This document shows positions 53,690 to 64,000 of a stretch of DNA of 64,000 nt, piece after piece. This DNA is from Anolis carolinensis (taxonomy: Eukaryota): positions 61,891,923 to 61,955,922 of the forward strand of contig NC_085844.1 in NCBI RefSeq assembly GCF_035594765.1, in the 5' to 3' direction. The stretch's first letter is position 1; each line of letters opens with the position of its first letter. The position numbers and the translations under genes are program-made. The notes beneath the pieces are model-generated. The model ran no database searches. It saw only the letters and a list, made by a program, of their open reading frames with translations, and was not told the origin of the DNA.

Positions 53690-54415
53690 GTTGTTGCCCA
53701 CAGAAATATTCTTGCTGTTGCTGTGGGAACATTTAGAGGAGTGGTGGTTTTCATAAAACTTTTCCTTGATTTAAGTCTACTGGGAGGAGGCTGATAGCCA
53801 TAGAGTGGGTGGCTTTCAGGGTGTTCAACCTTATTTCTCTTGCAATTGGCAGCAACTTCCCGTGGCACATCGAGGGGGCAATGCCAGGTAGCTTATAGAG
53901 TCTATCAACAGGTGTAGGTTTAAGACATCCTGTGATTATTCTACATGTCTCATTCAGTGCTATGTTCACCTGCTTTGCGTGGGCAGATTTATGCCAGATT
54001 GGGCAGGCATACTTAGCAGTTGAGTAAGACAAGGCCAGGGCTGATGTTCTTATTAATTTTGGGTCTGCATCCTATGCACTGTTAGTAAGTTTCCACAGGA
54101 TGCTATTGCATGCTGCTACTTTGTGCTTGGTGTTCGCACAGTGTTCGGGCTAAGGTGAAGCCGAGATATTTAGGGTTGGAACAGTGTTCAAGCTCTTGGC
54201 CTTCCCAGGTAATCTTCAGTTTTATGTTGGCTTCATGATTACATGGATGCTAAGTACACACGTGTCTTGGCAGGGCTAGGCTTCAGGTGGTGATCTTTAT
54301 AGTAGCTGGAGAGATCTTCCAGGGCATTAGTAAGTTGGTTTTCAACTGTTTCAAAGTCTTTTGCTTGTGATGTTAAACCAAGGACATCAGCATATATAAA
54401 GCTCTTTCTGAATGG
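53690..54415 (-). mobile_element. Vingi/ingi-type LINE RT fragment, frameshifted
   Basis: FIYADVL (YADD-like), then YSTAKYACPIW...LNETCRIITGCLKPTP...GIAP. Confidence 0.75.
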
Positions 54416-54954
54416 TCCCTGAAGATATGTGTGGTTTAACCACATTTTGGAGGGTTTTCTACCTCAAACCCCAATTAATGTGGGGAGCCATGTATATTTG
54501 TTGAATTTATTTTTCATATAAATCCAAAATCTTGATTATTTTTTATGAAAGTATATTCTAGAAATCACAATCAAAGAATTGTAATAAAATAGTGTTTTAG
54601 TATTTTGCACTCTGTCATATCATATAAGAATAATTAGAAAAAGAAAAAGAGGTATATGATACATGGTCTATTTATAAAAAAATGTTAAAAAATCAAGTAT
54701 CTCACTTCATTTTCCCATTTGGTCCTTGTCTAAGTGTGAATTATTTTTGGCTTGATATAGTATTGATTACAGAACAAAGAGCCGATCAGTGAAACATATG
54801 CAGGTGATGATTTATTGTTCCCATAGACTCAATGGATCTGTTGGGACTAGTAATTGGATAATTACATATGCTTTTTAATAGAGATAAGATGAATGAGCAA
54901 ATGGTAACATGACACTGATTAAAAGATCTAATGGATTTTTTATTGACATACAGA

Positions 54955-55430
54955 ATTATTTTATTTCGTGTCAAAAGCATTGGTACAGCAAATACATTTC
55001 AAATAATGGAAATAAAATAGAAAAGAAAAGAAATCACAGGCAACTAAATAGTTTTGGACCAAAAGCGGGCAACAGCAACCGCATTGTCTGTAGCTTTAAA
55101 CAACAACTCCTCCGTACATGAGGCAGGGCATTGTGGGCAAGCATACATATGCTGAGTTGTTTGTTCAGCTCCACAGTCACACAAGGTGGAGGATTCCTCC
55201 AGGTAGTGCCACCTTGCCAAGTTGTCTTTTGATCTGCCCACTCCACTTCTGAGTCTGTTCAGGGACTTCCAAGTTGCCCATTCCTGGTTTGCCCCTGGAG
55301 GAAGACCCTCTTGGGGGGCCATCCAGTTAGAGTTGCCTGGTTTAGCTGCCCAGAGAGACACCCTTGCTGTTGCTGGAGGAACATCAAGAGGAGTGGTGGT
55401 TCTCATGAAGCCCTTCCTTGATTTGAGACA
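54955..55430 (-). mobile_element. Vingi-type LINE 3' end with C-terminal CCHC knuckle
   Basis: WKSLNRLRSGVGR...CDCGAEQTTQHMYAC; overlaps in sequence with the 53690 fragment; short A-rich tail. Confidence 0.75.
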
Positions 55431-55492
55431 TACAGAATTATAAGACATTTTAATTGCTGTCTTATTCTATTCTTGTGTTCAATTTCCCATAG

Positions 55493-55564
55493 TTTCATTC
55501 ACTGGCACCAATGTATTACCGTGGATCAGCAGCAGCTGTCATAGTATATGATATCACCAAACAG
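55493..55564 (+). CDS. RAB31: RAB31 coding exon 4 ([24 protein letters not shown])
   Basis: CCCATAG acceptor; 72 nt; RabF motifs YYRGS and VYDIT; GTAAGC donor. Confidence 0.97.
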
Positions 55565-56743
55565 GTAAGCTATATGATTGCAATGGTTCCATTACTAGTA
55601 TAGCTTACAACAAAACAATTCAGTTTTGTCCATTCATTAAAAATACTAGAATGTTGTAGTCTAGTTTTCTCCATTTGTGGATATTAATTATTTGCTGAGG
55701 TTAAACAGTTGCTTTGCATTCATAAGTGCTTCCTTTTTGCATAAACATAGGTTCCCTGAATACTAAGAGTGCAAGTGCATCCTGATAACATATCTACATA
55801 TAGTTGTGTCACAATAAACTAGCCCTGCATTGAAACTCTAGCTGAAGTGGGATTTGAAGTCAGGTCTTATTGCTCAAACAACTATGAAAAAATTATGCTA
55901 TCAATGGTAGTATATAATATTAATATATATATAAAACTTTATTTTTAACCCGCCCTCTCTCCCCATGGGGGCTTCCAAAGTAAAAATGGCAAACATTTAA
56001 TGCCAGTGCAGTAACATAATAAACAACAATTAGACAAACAATTAAAAGTAAATAGATTAAACACAGTTGACTAAAACATGCAAATCAATCAAAAACATAT
56101 AAAACAAATTACACAGTTAAAATGTGTATAAAAATATAGATCTTCCATAAATTAGAATTATTAGCCCATTCTCAGGAGCCATATGGAGTTTCCACTGAAA
56201 GGAATGGCATCCATATCCTATCTAGAGAGATTGAGAGATGTATTTAGTATTGTATTTAGCTTGGGAAACCTATGAAAAGATATGTTTTTCAATAACATAT
56301 GCATTGTTATTTGTTTTTGACATATACATGACTCTTCTCAAATTATTTATTTATTTATTTATTTATTTGCTATGTATATGTATACCCCGCTCTTCTCACC
56401 CCAAAGGGGACTCAGAGTGGCTTACGGATTATGGCAAAATTCAATGCCTCATTATACATACAAATAATAAATGTAACATTTCAAATTATAAAACAGTTAA
56501 AACATATAAATGCAATAAAACAGATTAAAAACATAGTTTTCCAATCACGCTCCCCCCCACAGGCCAAACATAAGCCTGCTAGTAAAAGTGGTCTTATGTG
56601 TTATTACCATGGGGTAAGGTGATATAAAATGCTAGTGTAAAAGGCTACAGGATTAAGGTACAGGTGCCACAATTTTAAAACACGAGATCTTAAAATATCA
56701 TGCATTTACTGAGTTCTTTGCTGTTGTCTTGTGTTTCTTTTAG

Positions 56744-56850
56744 GATTCGTTTCATACACTGAAGAAATGGGTAAAGGAATTAAAAGAACATGGACCTGAA
56801 AACATTGTAATGGCCATTGCTGGAAATAAATGTGATCTTTCTGATATTAG
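56744..56850 (+). CDS. RAB31: RAB31 coding exon 5 ([35 protein letters not shown]), G4 box; gene continues past window end
   Basis: TTCTTTTAG acceptor; 107 nt; GNKCDL motif; GTAGAG donor. Confidence 0.97.
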
Positions 56851-57957
56851 GTAGAGTATTCAAAAAGCTTGTTGTCCTCTACTTTCTTCTATAATAGGAT
56901 AAAAGGGTACGAGTAACCTATATTATAATGTGATTTGCATCATTTCACTGTACCGACACAAGCTCATACCAAGCTAATAAAGCAGCCTATCTCGACAATG
57001 GATGTTTGATATAAAATCGTGTTTCTTAACATTAAACAATAGACATTCTATAATTCCACTTCATAGTTATTTATATGACAGGCAGAAGGATCCAGACTCA
57101 CAAGCGCTAGAGCACTAGACTACTATTTCTTTTCTCCTCCATTTTTGTTCATTTCTATCACTTCATCTGCTCTTTTTCTTTTTCACTGGTCATTCTTTCC
57201 TCTCCATTAGTACTTGTTCAACTCTTCCCTCTGCTCACTCTCCTACCCCCTGCTTTACCAAGCAGCAGGATGTTTTAATTTCCTCTTTAAATGATTTTAA
57301 GAGTTTGTGGACCATGTGGAAGGACACATGACAGAGTTAACTGAATGCTTTTGTGAGAATGGCTGTACCTTATCTGACTTCATCTTCGTTCTTTGCTGGT
57401 TGTAGGTCACAGCTACAAACAGTTTGAAATAACTAAAATCAGTGAATTTTAAAAATAAAATAACCTCAAGGTGTATACTTATAGTTAGAGTGGATATTTT
57501 CTGGTATGGGTAGGTTTTTTAAATGAAGTTTTCCCATTGCCATGAATCCTTCTCCTCCTCCCCCCTCTCCACAGAATAAAAGTTTGAAACAATTTTAGAG
57601 ACCAAGAGAGCCACTTTCTTTAGAATAGACTCCTTGAATTTCTGGGCTGGCTAGTATGATAGGAGTTGTAGGAAGACTTCTTTAGGTCACTGGAAGCCTG
57701 CCACAGTTCTAGATGTAAAAAAATTAAAAATGATCTAAATCCATATCTATTTCCAGATGTCTCCATCTGCAAAACTTTTGCTGATGAATGAAATGCCTAT
57801 TGGCACCCACAAAATATTGGCCATGATTGAAAGCTTTTCATTTAATAATAGATCAAGCTGGAACAATGTGATACGGTCACAAAGGTTCTTGTCCTATCTT
57901 CTTTGGCTGGGTTAGGAGCTGCACTCAATGACAACAGGCTTCCCTTCCAGTCTTGCT

Positions 57958-58025
57958 GCTGCTGCTCAGTCGCATAGTCGTTTCCGACTCTTCGTGACCT
58001 CATGGACCAGTCCACGCCAGAGCTC
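57958..58025 (-). mobile_element. RTE-BovB 3' end fragment
   Basis: AGTCGTTTCCGACTCTTCGTGACCTCATGGAC...CACGCCAG resembles the reverse complement of the BovB 3' terminus. Confidence 0.65.
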
Positions 58026-58257
58026 CTTCCAGTCTTGGAGATGCAAAAATTGCAGTGTTCAACATTGAGCAGTGAGAATTAAGAGTTCTGGAAGATATGT
58101 GTGATTGAAGAGTTATCCGTGTACTAAAACATTTTAAATACTGTATAAAAGATAAGCTGAGTTGCTATATGAAGCAGTAATCCAGAGGCAGAGGTTATCA
58201 ATCCTTGGTGTTTTCCAAAATCAGTCTTCTTATCTTTTATCAAGTAACTACAGGGAC

Positions 58258-58751
58258 ATTTTATTTACAGTATTTATAGTTTTTATATTCTGCCCATCTC
58301 ACCATGAAGGGGAATCAGGGCGGATCACAGAACATGTATACAGCAAACATTCAATGCTGTTAGACAGGACAGACAACAATACAGATAGATAGACCAGCCA
58401 TCGTGTGGGGGGGGGGGGTATAGGCGTTTTCCATCTTTAGTGTTGTGGAAGTTGTGCTTGATTCCAGCCATCGGGGAGTGGGTGCTGTCGCTCCATCCTC
58501 CATGTCGAAGAGTTCTGTTCACAGATTTACTCCTTTGCTGGCATTTTTCTGGTATTTCCTTATGGTGCCATTAAAATACCTCCCCACTTAAGCGGTACCT
58601 ATTTATCTACTCACAGCTGTTTTCGATCTGCTAGGTGAGCAGTGAACTGGGCTGAGGGTCGGGTGCTCACCCCCGAATCAGACTTCGAACTACCAAACTT
58701 TCAACTGGCAAGATTTATTACAGCTGTTGGTTAACCTGCTATGCTAAAGCT
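58258..58751 (-). mobile_element. L2-tailed anole SINE
   Basis: Reverse-complement similarity to 15877-16291 from the head (GCTATGCTAAAGC) to the tail. Confidence 0.75.
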
Positions 58752-60737
58752 CTTTTTTAAGAGCTGAAATTCAAATACTACCAAGCTGAAATAGGCTACA
58801 CAAAATTATGTCAAGTTTTCTTAGCAAAACCTAAACAAAATTTGACCTGTGCTTCTCAATTATTTTTATAAGCAGGTGAGAGCTTTTGCATTGATTTATC
58901 TCTGTGTTGTTTCCTGATATTGTACTGCTCTGGTCTGAATATGAAATCTTGTTATGTATGACTGTTAACAACAATCTACTAAACCAGGATAGTACAGGAA
59001 TCTATTAGCACACTTGTTTAAAAACATTCACTAATTAGTGGTTTTCTCAACATTTCTGTTTACCAGATAAAGACCCAGATTTTCCAAAACGCTTTAGTTG
59101 AGTTATAATTTTTAGGAAGTTCTAATTTGTGGTCAGAAGTCTGAATTGGATTGAAAATTTTTTTAATCACCCTAGTGCTACAGTGTGTGTTAGATCTGAT
59201 GGATGACCAGTGGTATTACTGCAATTTGTTTCTTCATTTCACTGTGGCCTCACCGTCTATCCCACAGCCCATAATACTGCTCATATACCTAAGACTAGCT
59301 TTTCGAGGGTCAGGTGGTGTGGGTTATAGTATGGGAAAGCTTATGCTATAATACATTTTCTTGTTTTATTGCAATACACTTAACCCTGCTGTTTGCACAA
59401 ACTGTTGGACAAATCTATATAGTTTCTAAAGATTGGGACGAAGGACTTACAGTTTGCCAGGGGTCTCCTTATATCATGGATAGTCAACTAGCCTAAAGCA
59501 AGACAGGAGCCAATTTTTGACTGGTGAGTGGTTTAGTTGCAAATTTTCAGCACAAGTAACTTTCCATTTGTACTTTTGCGTTTGTGTGTTTGTTGGACCC
59601 AAATCACCCATTTTTGACATATTAAACAAAGGGATTTTGGGCTTTATTTTGCTGGGTAATGCTACTTGGGACATTTTAAGGGTTACTTTGTATCCCCTTC
59701 CAAACATGTGTGGGGAATCTGGGGTCTTGAGAGGCTGCAGAAAAGGGTCATGGGCAATGTGGGTGCTAAACACACTTTCTCATCCTTTCTTATTGAAGCC
59801 AGTTGTATTGTGAGGATTGATATGGCACAGGGAGGCCAGTATATTTTGATAGATGACTTCTAGAGGAAGGGGAAAAAAGAAAACAAATTGCTCTGTTATC
59901 TTAGTAATAAGCAGATTTAAAATAGCAATAGTAGGTAATTGCTCTCTGTGAAGTGTTGAACACACCAGTCTCTGTGAAGGGGATAAGTGTTACTGAAGCA
60001 GTGTAAATACAGTGTTTGATTGTTTGCAGCCATTTCATTTGATTGGCAGAGATTTATTGCTTTAATGTTCTCAAACAGACATTTGCTTGATTAAATCAAG
60101 CTTGGCTGGTCAGGAGATTCAGTTACAAATTGCAATCAGGTATTTGAGATGGAGTCATATAATCAATTAAAATACAGTATACATCTTTTTGGTGAAGTGA
60201 ATTGGCTTGGTGACAGACACTCAAGTGCCTGTCCTTAGGAGAAATACTGGCACAATGAAGTCTTTCCGTGTACGCACAAGCTATTAGCATTTATCTTGCT
60301 TATTGGCAGTGTTGTCTGTTTTTCTTTTTATATCCAAAATTGTGGCTTGTCAGCAGTTCTGTAGCTAGCCTTTTGGGATGTCTGGGAACATTTTGCAAAT
60401 GTCCTTAGCGTTAAGGTCTCTTCAGAGACAAGAGCAGTGTTACAAGAAGAATGGCACAAAGAGTGAGGTGTTCAAAAAGTGGGGTTCATATTTAATCTGT
60501 GGACTGGATCCAGGACTCTTTCCATTAGCTTAAAGCTCCTGATTTAGCAGAATGTTTCCATTAATGAAATGAAAGAAATTGTGATTTTCATTGGTTCTTA
60601 TCCCACAGCCTCTTGCAAATCTGCCCTTGAAGGTTTACAGAAAGGGCATGAGGGATTGCTGAAAACAGCTCCCTCTCTTTCTACTAGTAAAATTATTCTA
60701 AGCACGGGCTTTTCACAATATGCAATTAGAGTACATA

Positions 60738-61505
60738 CGAGGGTTGAATGAAAAGTAATGCATCCACCTTCGTAACTCCTCAACAGATGGCAGTACTGGT
60801 ATGCGGCAGGTACTGGCTTGTTCAGTAGACTCTCCTCTACAGTTCCATTTGGCAGGAAGCCTTAGCATTGAACGGTTGTGTTGTTAAAGTATGAAGTATG
60901 AAACCCTGCGCAGACAGTTGGTCAATGTGACTTAAGCAACGTGCAATCATTGAATTATTGACAGCAGAAGGTGTCACCCCAAAGGAGACTCATCAGAGAA
61001 TGCAAACTGTTTATGGTGATTGTGTTGATGTGACTGTGCGTTGTTGGGCGAGTAAGTTTAAAGATGCTGAGGTGGAAACATCTGACTTGCATGACAAACA
61101 AAGAATTGGACAGCAACTACCGAGTTTCACAAGCAAAAGGTTGACAGATTGATTCAGGACAATCGTCGTATTACTTAGAGAGAAATTTCAAGCATAATCG
61201 GCATTTCTCAAGAATGTGTGTGTCACATTATTGCTTTGCTTGGCTATCGGAAGATCTGTGCATGATGGGTACTGTGAGACGCTGGTTACAGAAACAGATT
61301 GTGGACTTCTTCCGTGACGGCTTCAGAAAACTTGTTCATCGTTGGCAGAAATGTATCCAATTGTCTGGTGATTATGTGGAAAAGTGAATACGTAGTGGTA
61401 GTTAAAGAGCACATTCTAAGGATTATTTCTGCGTTTGATTATTAAAATATTCCCATCCAAACCCAAGTAACGAAGGTGGAGGCATTACTTTTCATTCAAC
61501 CCTAG
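60738..61505 (+). mobile_element. Internally deleted mariner transposon (transposase pseudogene)
   Basis: ~40-bp TIRs (GGGTTGAATGAAAAGTAATGC...CCACCTTCGT) and TA flanks. An N-terminal HTH remnant (KQRAIIELLTAEG...HQRMQTVYG...VRCW) is joined to C-terminal FFRDGFRKLVHRWQKCIQLSGDYVEK. Confidence 0.9.
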
Positions 61506-61527
61506 TACTAAATGTACTATAGTAGCG

Positions 61528-61585
61528 TGGCAGGGGGTTGGACTGGATGGCCCATGAGGTCTCTTCCAACTCTGTGATTCTATCA
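61528..61585 (+). mobile_element. CR1 3' end
   Basis: GGGGTTGGACTGGATGGCCCATGAGGTCTCTTCCAACTCTGTGATTCT, as at ~16740-16790. Confidence 0.75.
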
Positions 61586-62324
61586 TACCACTTCAATGGC
61601 TGTGAATGCATGATGTGGAATTCTGGTTTTGTAGTTTGGTCAGACACCAGAGCTCTCCAGTTGCTAATTCCAAATACCCCTCTCTTAACTTCAGATCCCA
61701 AGATTCCGTAAGTTGAAGTCATGGCAATTAAAATTGAATCATGGTATTATAAATATGTAGTGTGAAAGGGCCCCAGAAATCTGTCTGGAGGAAATTATTG
61801 CTCTCAGGATAAAATGCTGGATCCAGTCCCATGTTCAGATTAATTTAAACTAATCTGGAATGTTTAAAAACAGGAAACAAAGATTTATATTGGTTTCTGA
61901 TGCTGACAGGATAATACGTTACACTTTTCTTTTTAAAGTATTAATTAGCCTCATTGCATGAACAAAGGGGGATTCAACAAGCTATTAACAAATCTTCCTT
62001 AATTGATTTTTGGAATACATCCAAATTGATTTCTGGCTATTTATTACTTGCTAATGCTTAAGAGAACAAAAAATACTTGTGGGCCCTTTATTTCCAGCAT
62101 TCCCTTTTCGTGATACATGCATATGTTCTGTATATATGCTTCCATTTATTCTGCACATATTTTTTGAGTCTACAATATCCTTTGGTTTGTGGAAACGGTG
62201 TTAGTCCCTTTTCTGAAGTAGACCAATCTTTTCCTGTATTAAATAAAGCAGTCTTTGATTAAATTACTTTAATTTCAGTTTGAAATGACCTTTTGATGCA
62301 GTATTAATTCTCTCACAAGGGAAT

Positions 62325-62485
62325 TTTTTTTATTGTGTCAGAAGCAACTTGAGAACATAATGCAAGTTGCTTCTGGTATAGAGAATTGGCTGTCTATAGA
62401 GTCTTCAGCAACCTTCAGGCCAACAATCCAATCTTCAAATCAGCAGGCCAGCCGGCACAAGGGTTTAACCCATTGCGCCACCCGA
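62325..62485 (-). mobile_element. Internally deleted tRNA-headed SINE with a Vingi-like tail
   Basis: TTTTATTGTGTCAGAAGC tail resembles the 54955 Vingi end. TTTAACCCATTGCGCCACC is the reverse of a Sauria-like head. Confidence 0.5.
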
Positions 62486-62563
62486 TTCCTATACCAGTGG
62501 AACCTTGTCATATTTCAAGTCATGAGGAAGAGGAACTTGTATGAAATAAGGTGATATCAGGGA

Positions 62564-63363
62564 CAGGGCCGGCCAGAGATATTTTTGAATGTGAAGCGGG
62601 GGTGCTGAAAAGCGCCCCCGCCACCGGCCCCGCCTCCCGCGCCCTGGCCCCGCCCAGTGTGCCCTGGCCCCGCCTCCCACGCTGCGTGGGAGGCGGGCCC
62701 AGGGCGAATAGTGAGGGAGGCGGGGCCAGAGTTGGCCCCGCCCAGCGTGCCCTGGCCCCGCCTCCCACGCAGCATGGGAGGCGGGGCCAGGGCACACTGG
62801 GCGGGGGGGGCGGCGCCAGAGTTGGCCCCGCCTCCCACGCTACTCCCGCTCGCCCGTCTGGCCTTTTCTAGCTGGCCAGACTGCAGCGGAGGTCCCTCCA
62901 GGCCGCGATTGCGGCCTGAAGGGACCTCCGCTGCAGTCTGGCCAGCTAGAAAAGGCCAGACGGGCGAGCGGGAGTAGCGTGGGAGGCGGGGCCAACTCTG
63001 TCCCCCCCCGCCCAGCGTGCCCTGGCCCCGCTTCCCACGCAACGTGGGAGGCGGGGCCAGGGCACGCTGGGCGGGGGGCGGGGCCAGAGTTGGCCCCGCC
63101 TCCCGCGCTACTCCCGCTCGCCCGTCTGGCCTTTTCTAGCTGGCCAGACTGCAGCGGAGGTCCCTGCAGGCCGCGATTGCGGCCTGGAGGGACCTCCGCT
63201 GCAGTCTGGCCAGCTAGAAAAGGCCAGACGGGCCAGGGCGCACTGGGCGGGAGGCGGGGCACCGTCAGGGCGGTGCCCCGCCTCCCGCCCAGCCTGACGG
63301 CGCCCCCCCGGGCCTGCGCCCGAGGCGGCGGCGTCAGGTGCCTCTATAGTGGGGCCGGCCCTG
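62564..63363. mobile_element. Non-autonomous hAT element, 800 bp, GC-rich and palindromic
   Basis: 11-bp TIR CAGGGCCGGCC; perfect 8-bp TSD ATCAGGGA at 62556-62563 and 63364-63371. Confidence 0.9.
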
Positions 63364-64000
63364 ATCAGGGACAACATAGGGAAGAAATTCTTTATGAGGA
63401 ACTGCTGGAGGAATTAAACAGGAAGAGGGATTGTGCTGGGAGTGGAAGAGAATGTATCCTTGCAAAATGTGTGTCTAGGGCCCATTTCCTAAAACCCTTA
63501 ATCTGAGATATCTCCAATCCGCAAATTATAGTAGAGCAAGGGAAATTATAATTATCAAGTGAAAGCATTCTGCCTGTCCTTGGAGGTACCCCTTCATTTG
63601 GCTTAATTTGTGCAATTTAAATTCTAGTAATTCTAAATGTGTGTGTGTATCTATGTGTCACTACATGAGGTTTTTTGGGAAATTAATCCAAGGCTTATGC
63701 TCAAATTGTTTAAATACCAAGTAGTGTTTCTTCTTGGCTATAAGCAAGAATTGTAATTATAAGTATAATACATTTGTCATTAACTGGATATAAAAGTAGT
63801 TCTTTCCTATCATACATAAACATTTTATAACCCCCTAATGATCATGTCAGAACAATTATCTTTATCCCTATCTTACAAATAGTGAGCTGAAACTGAAAAT
63901 TAGTATATGAAACCCCCTTTTACCTCTTGCTTAATAGTTACCTGCTATAGCTATGGTGGCATAGAAGAGGAGTGTCATACGATTCAAGTGTTACCGTGTG

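Noticed and set aside
59990-60170. Possible conserved enhancer (also ~1380-1600)
   Set aside because: It is repeat-free and motif-rich by eye, but conservation cannot be judged without alignments.
62489-63506. Multiple Pro/Ala/Gly-rich ORFs suggesting a second gene or promoter
   Set aside because: The GC-rich block is bounded exactly by hAT TIRs and a TSD, and identical peptides on both strands reflect the palindromes.
56851-64000. RAB31 exons 6-7
   Set aside because: No EVPLKDAKEYA/ETSAK-coding segment was found; these exons are presumably downstream of the window.

Overview
This is squamate reptile genomic DNA. The repeat content (Sauria SINE, L2, CR1, BovB, Vingi, hAT and Tc1/mariner elements) points to an Anolis-like lizard; it is not prokaryotic. 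The only host gene is RAB31 (Rab5/22 subfamily small GTPase) on the + strand. It has a CpG-rich promoter at ~18.3-18.9 kb and coding exons 1-5 at 18780-18818, 42541-42620, 47432-47513, 55493-55564 and 56744-56850, all with GT-AG boundaries. These encode the first 126 aa plus 2 nt; the remaining exons lie beyond the window. Everything else is intergenic or intronic and dense in transposon relics, many nested and with readable target-site duplications (TSDs). Most ORF-track entries are spurious. The best candidates for something new are: (i) a short acidic ORF ending in an RRSxR(I/L) basic motif that starts at nt 5 of solo LTRs, intact in two diverged copies and decayed in a third LTR family; (ii) an 800-bp hAT element built from nested long palindromes that forms an intronic CpG island; (iii) an out-of-frame upstream AUG and an acceptor-like sequence at the RAB31 start codon. 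Repeat family names come from recalled consensus features, not database searches.
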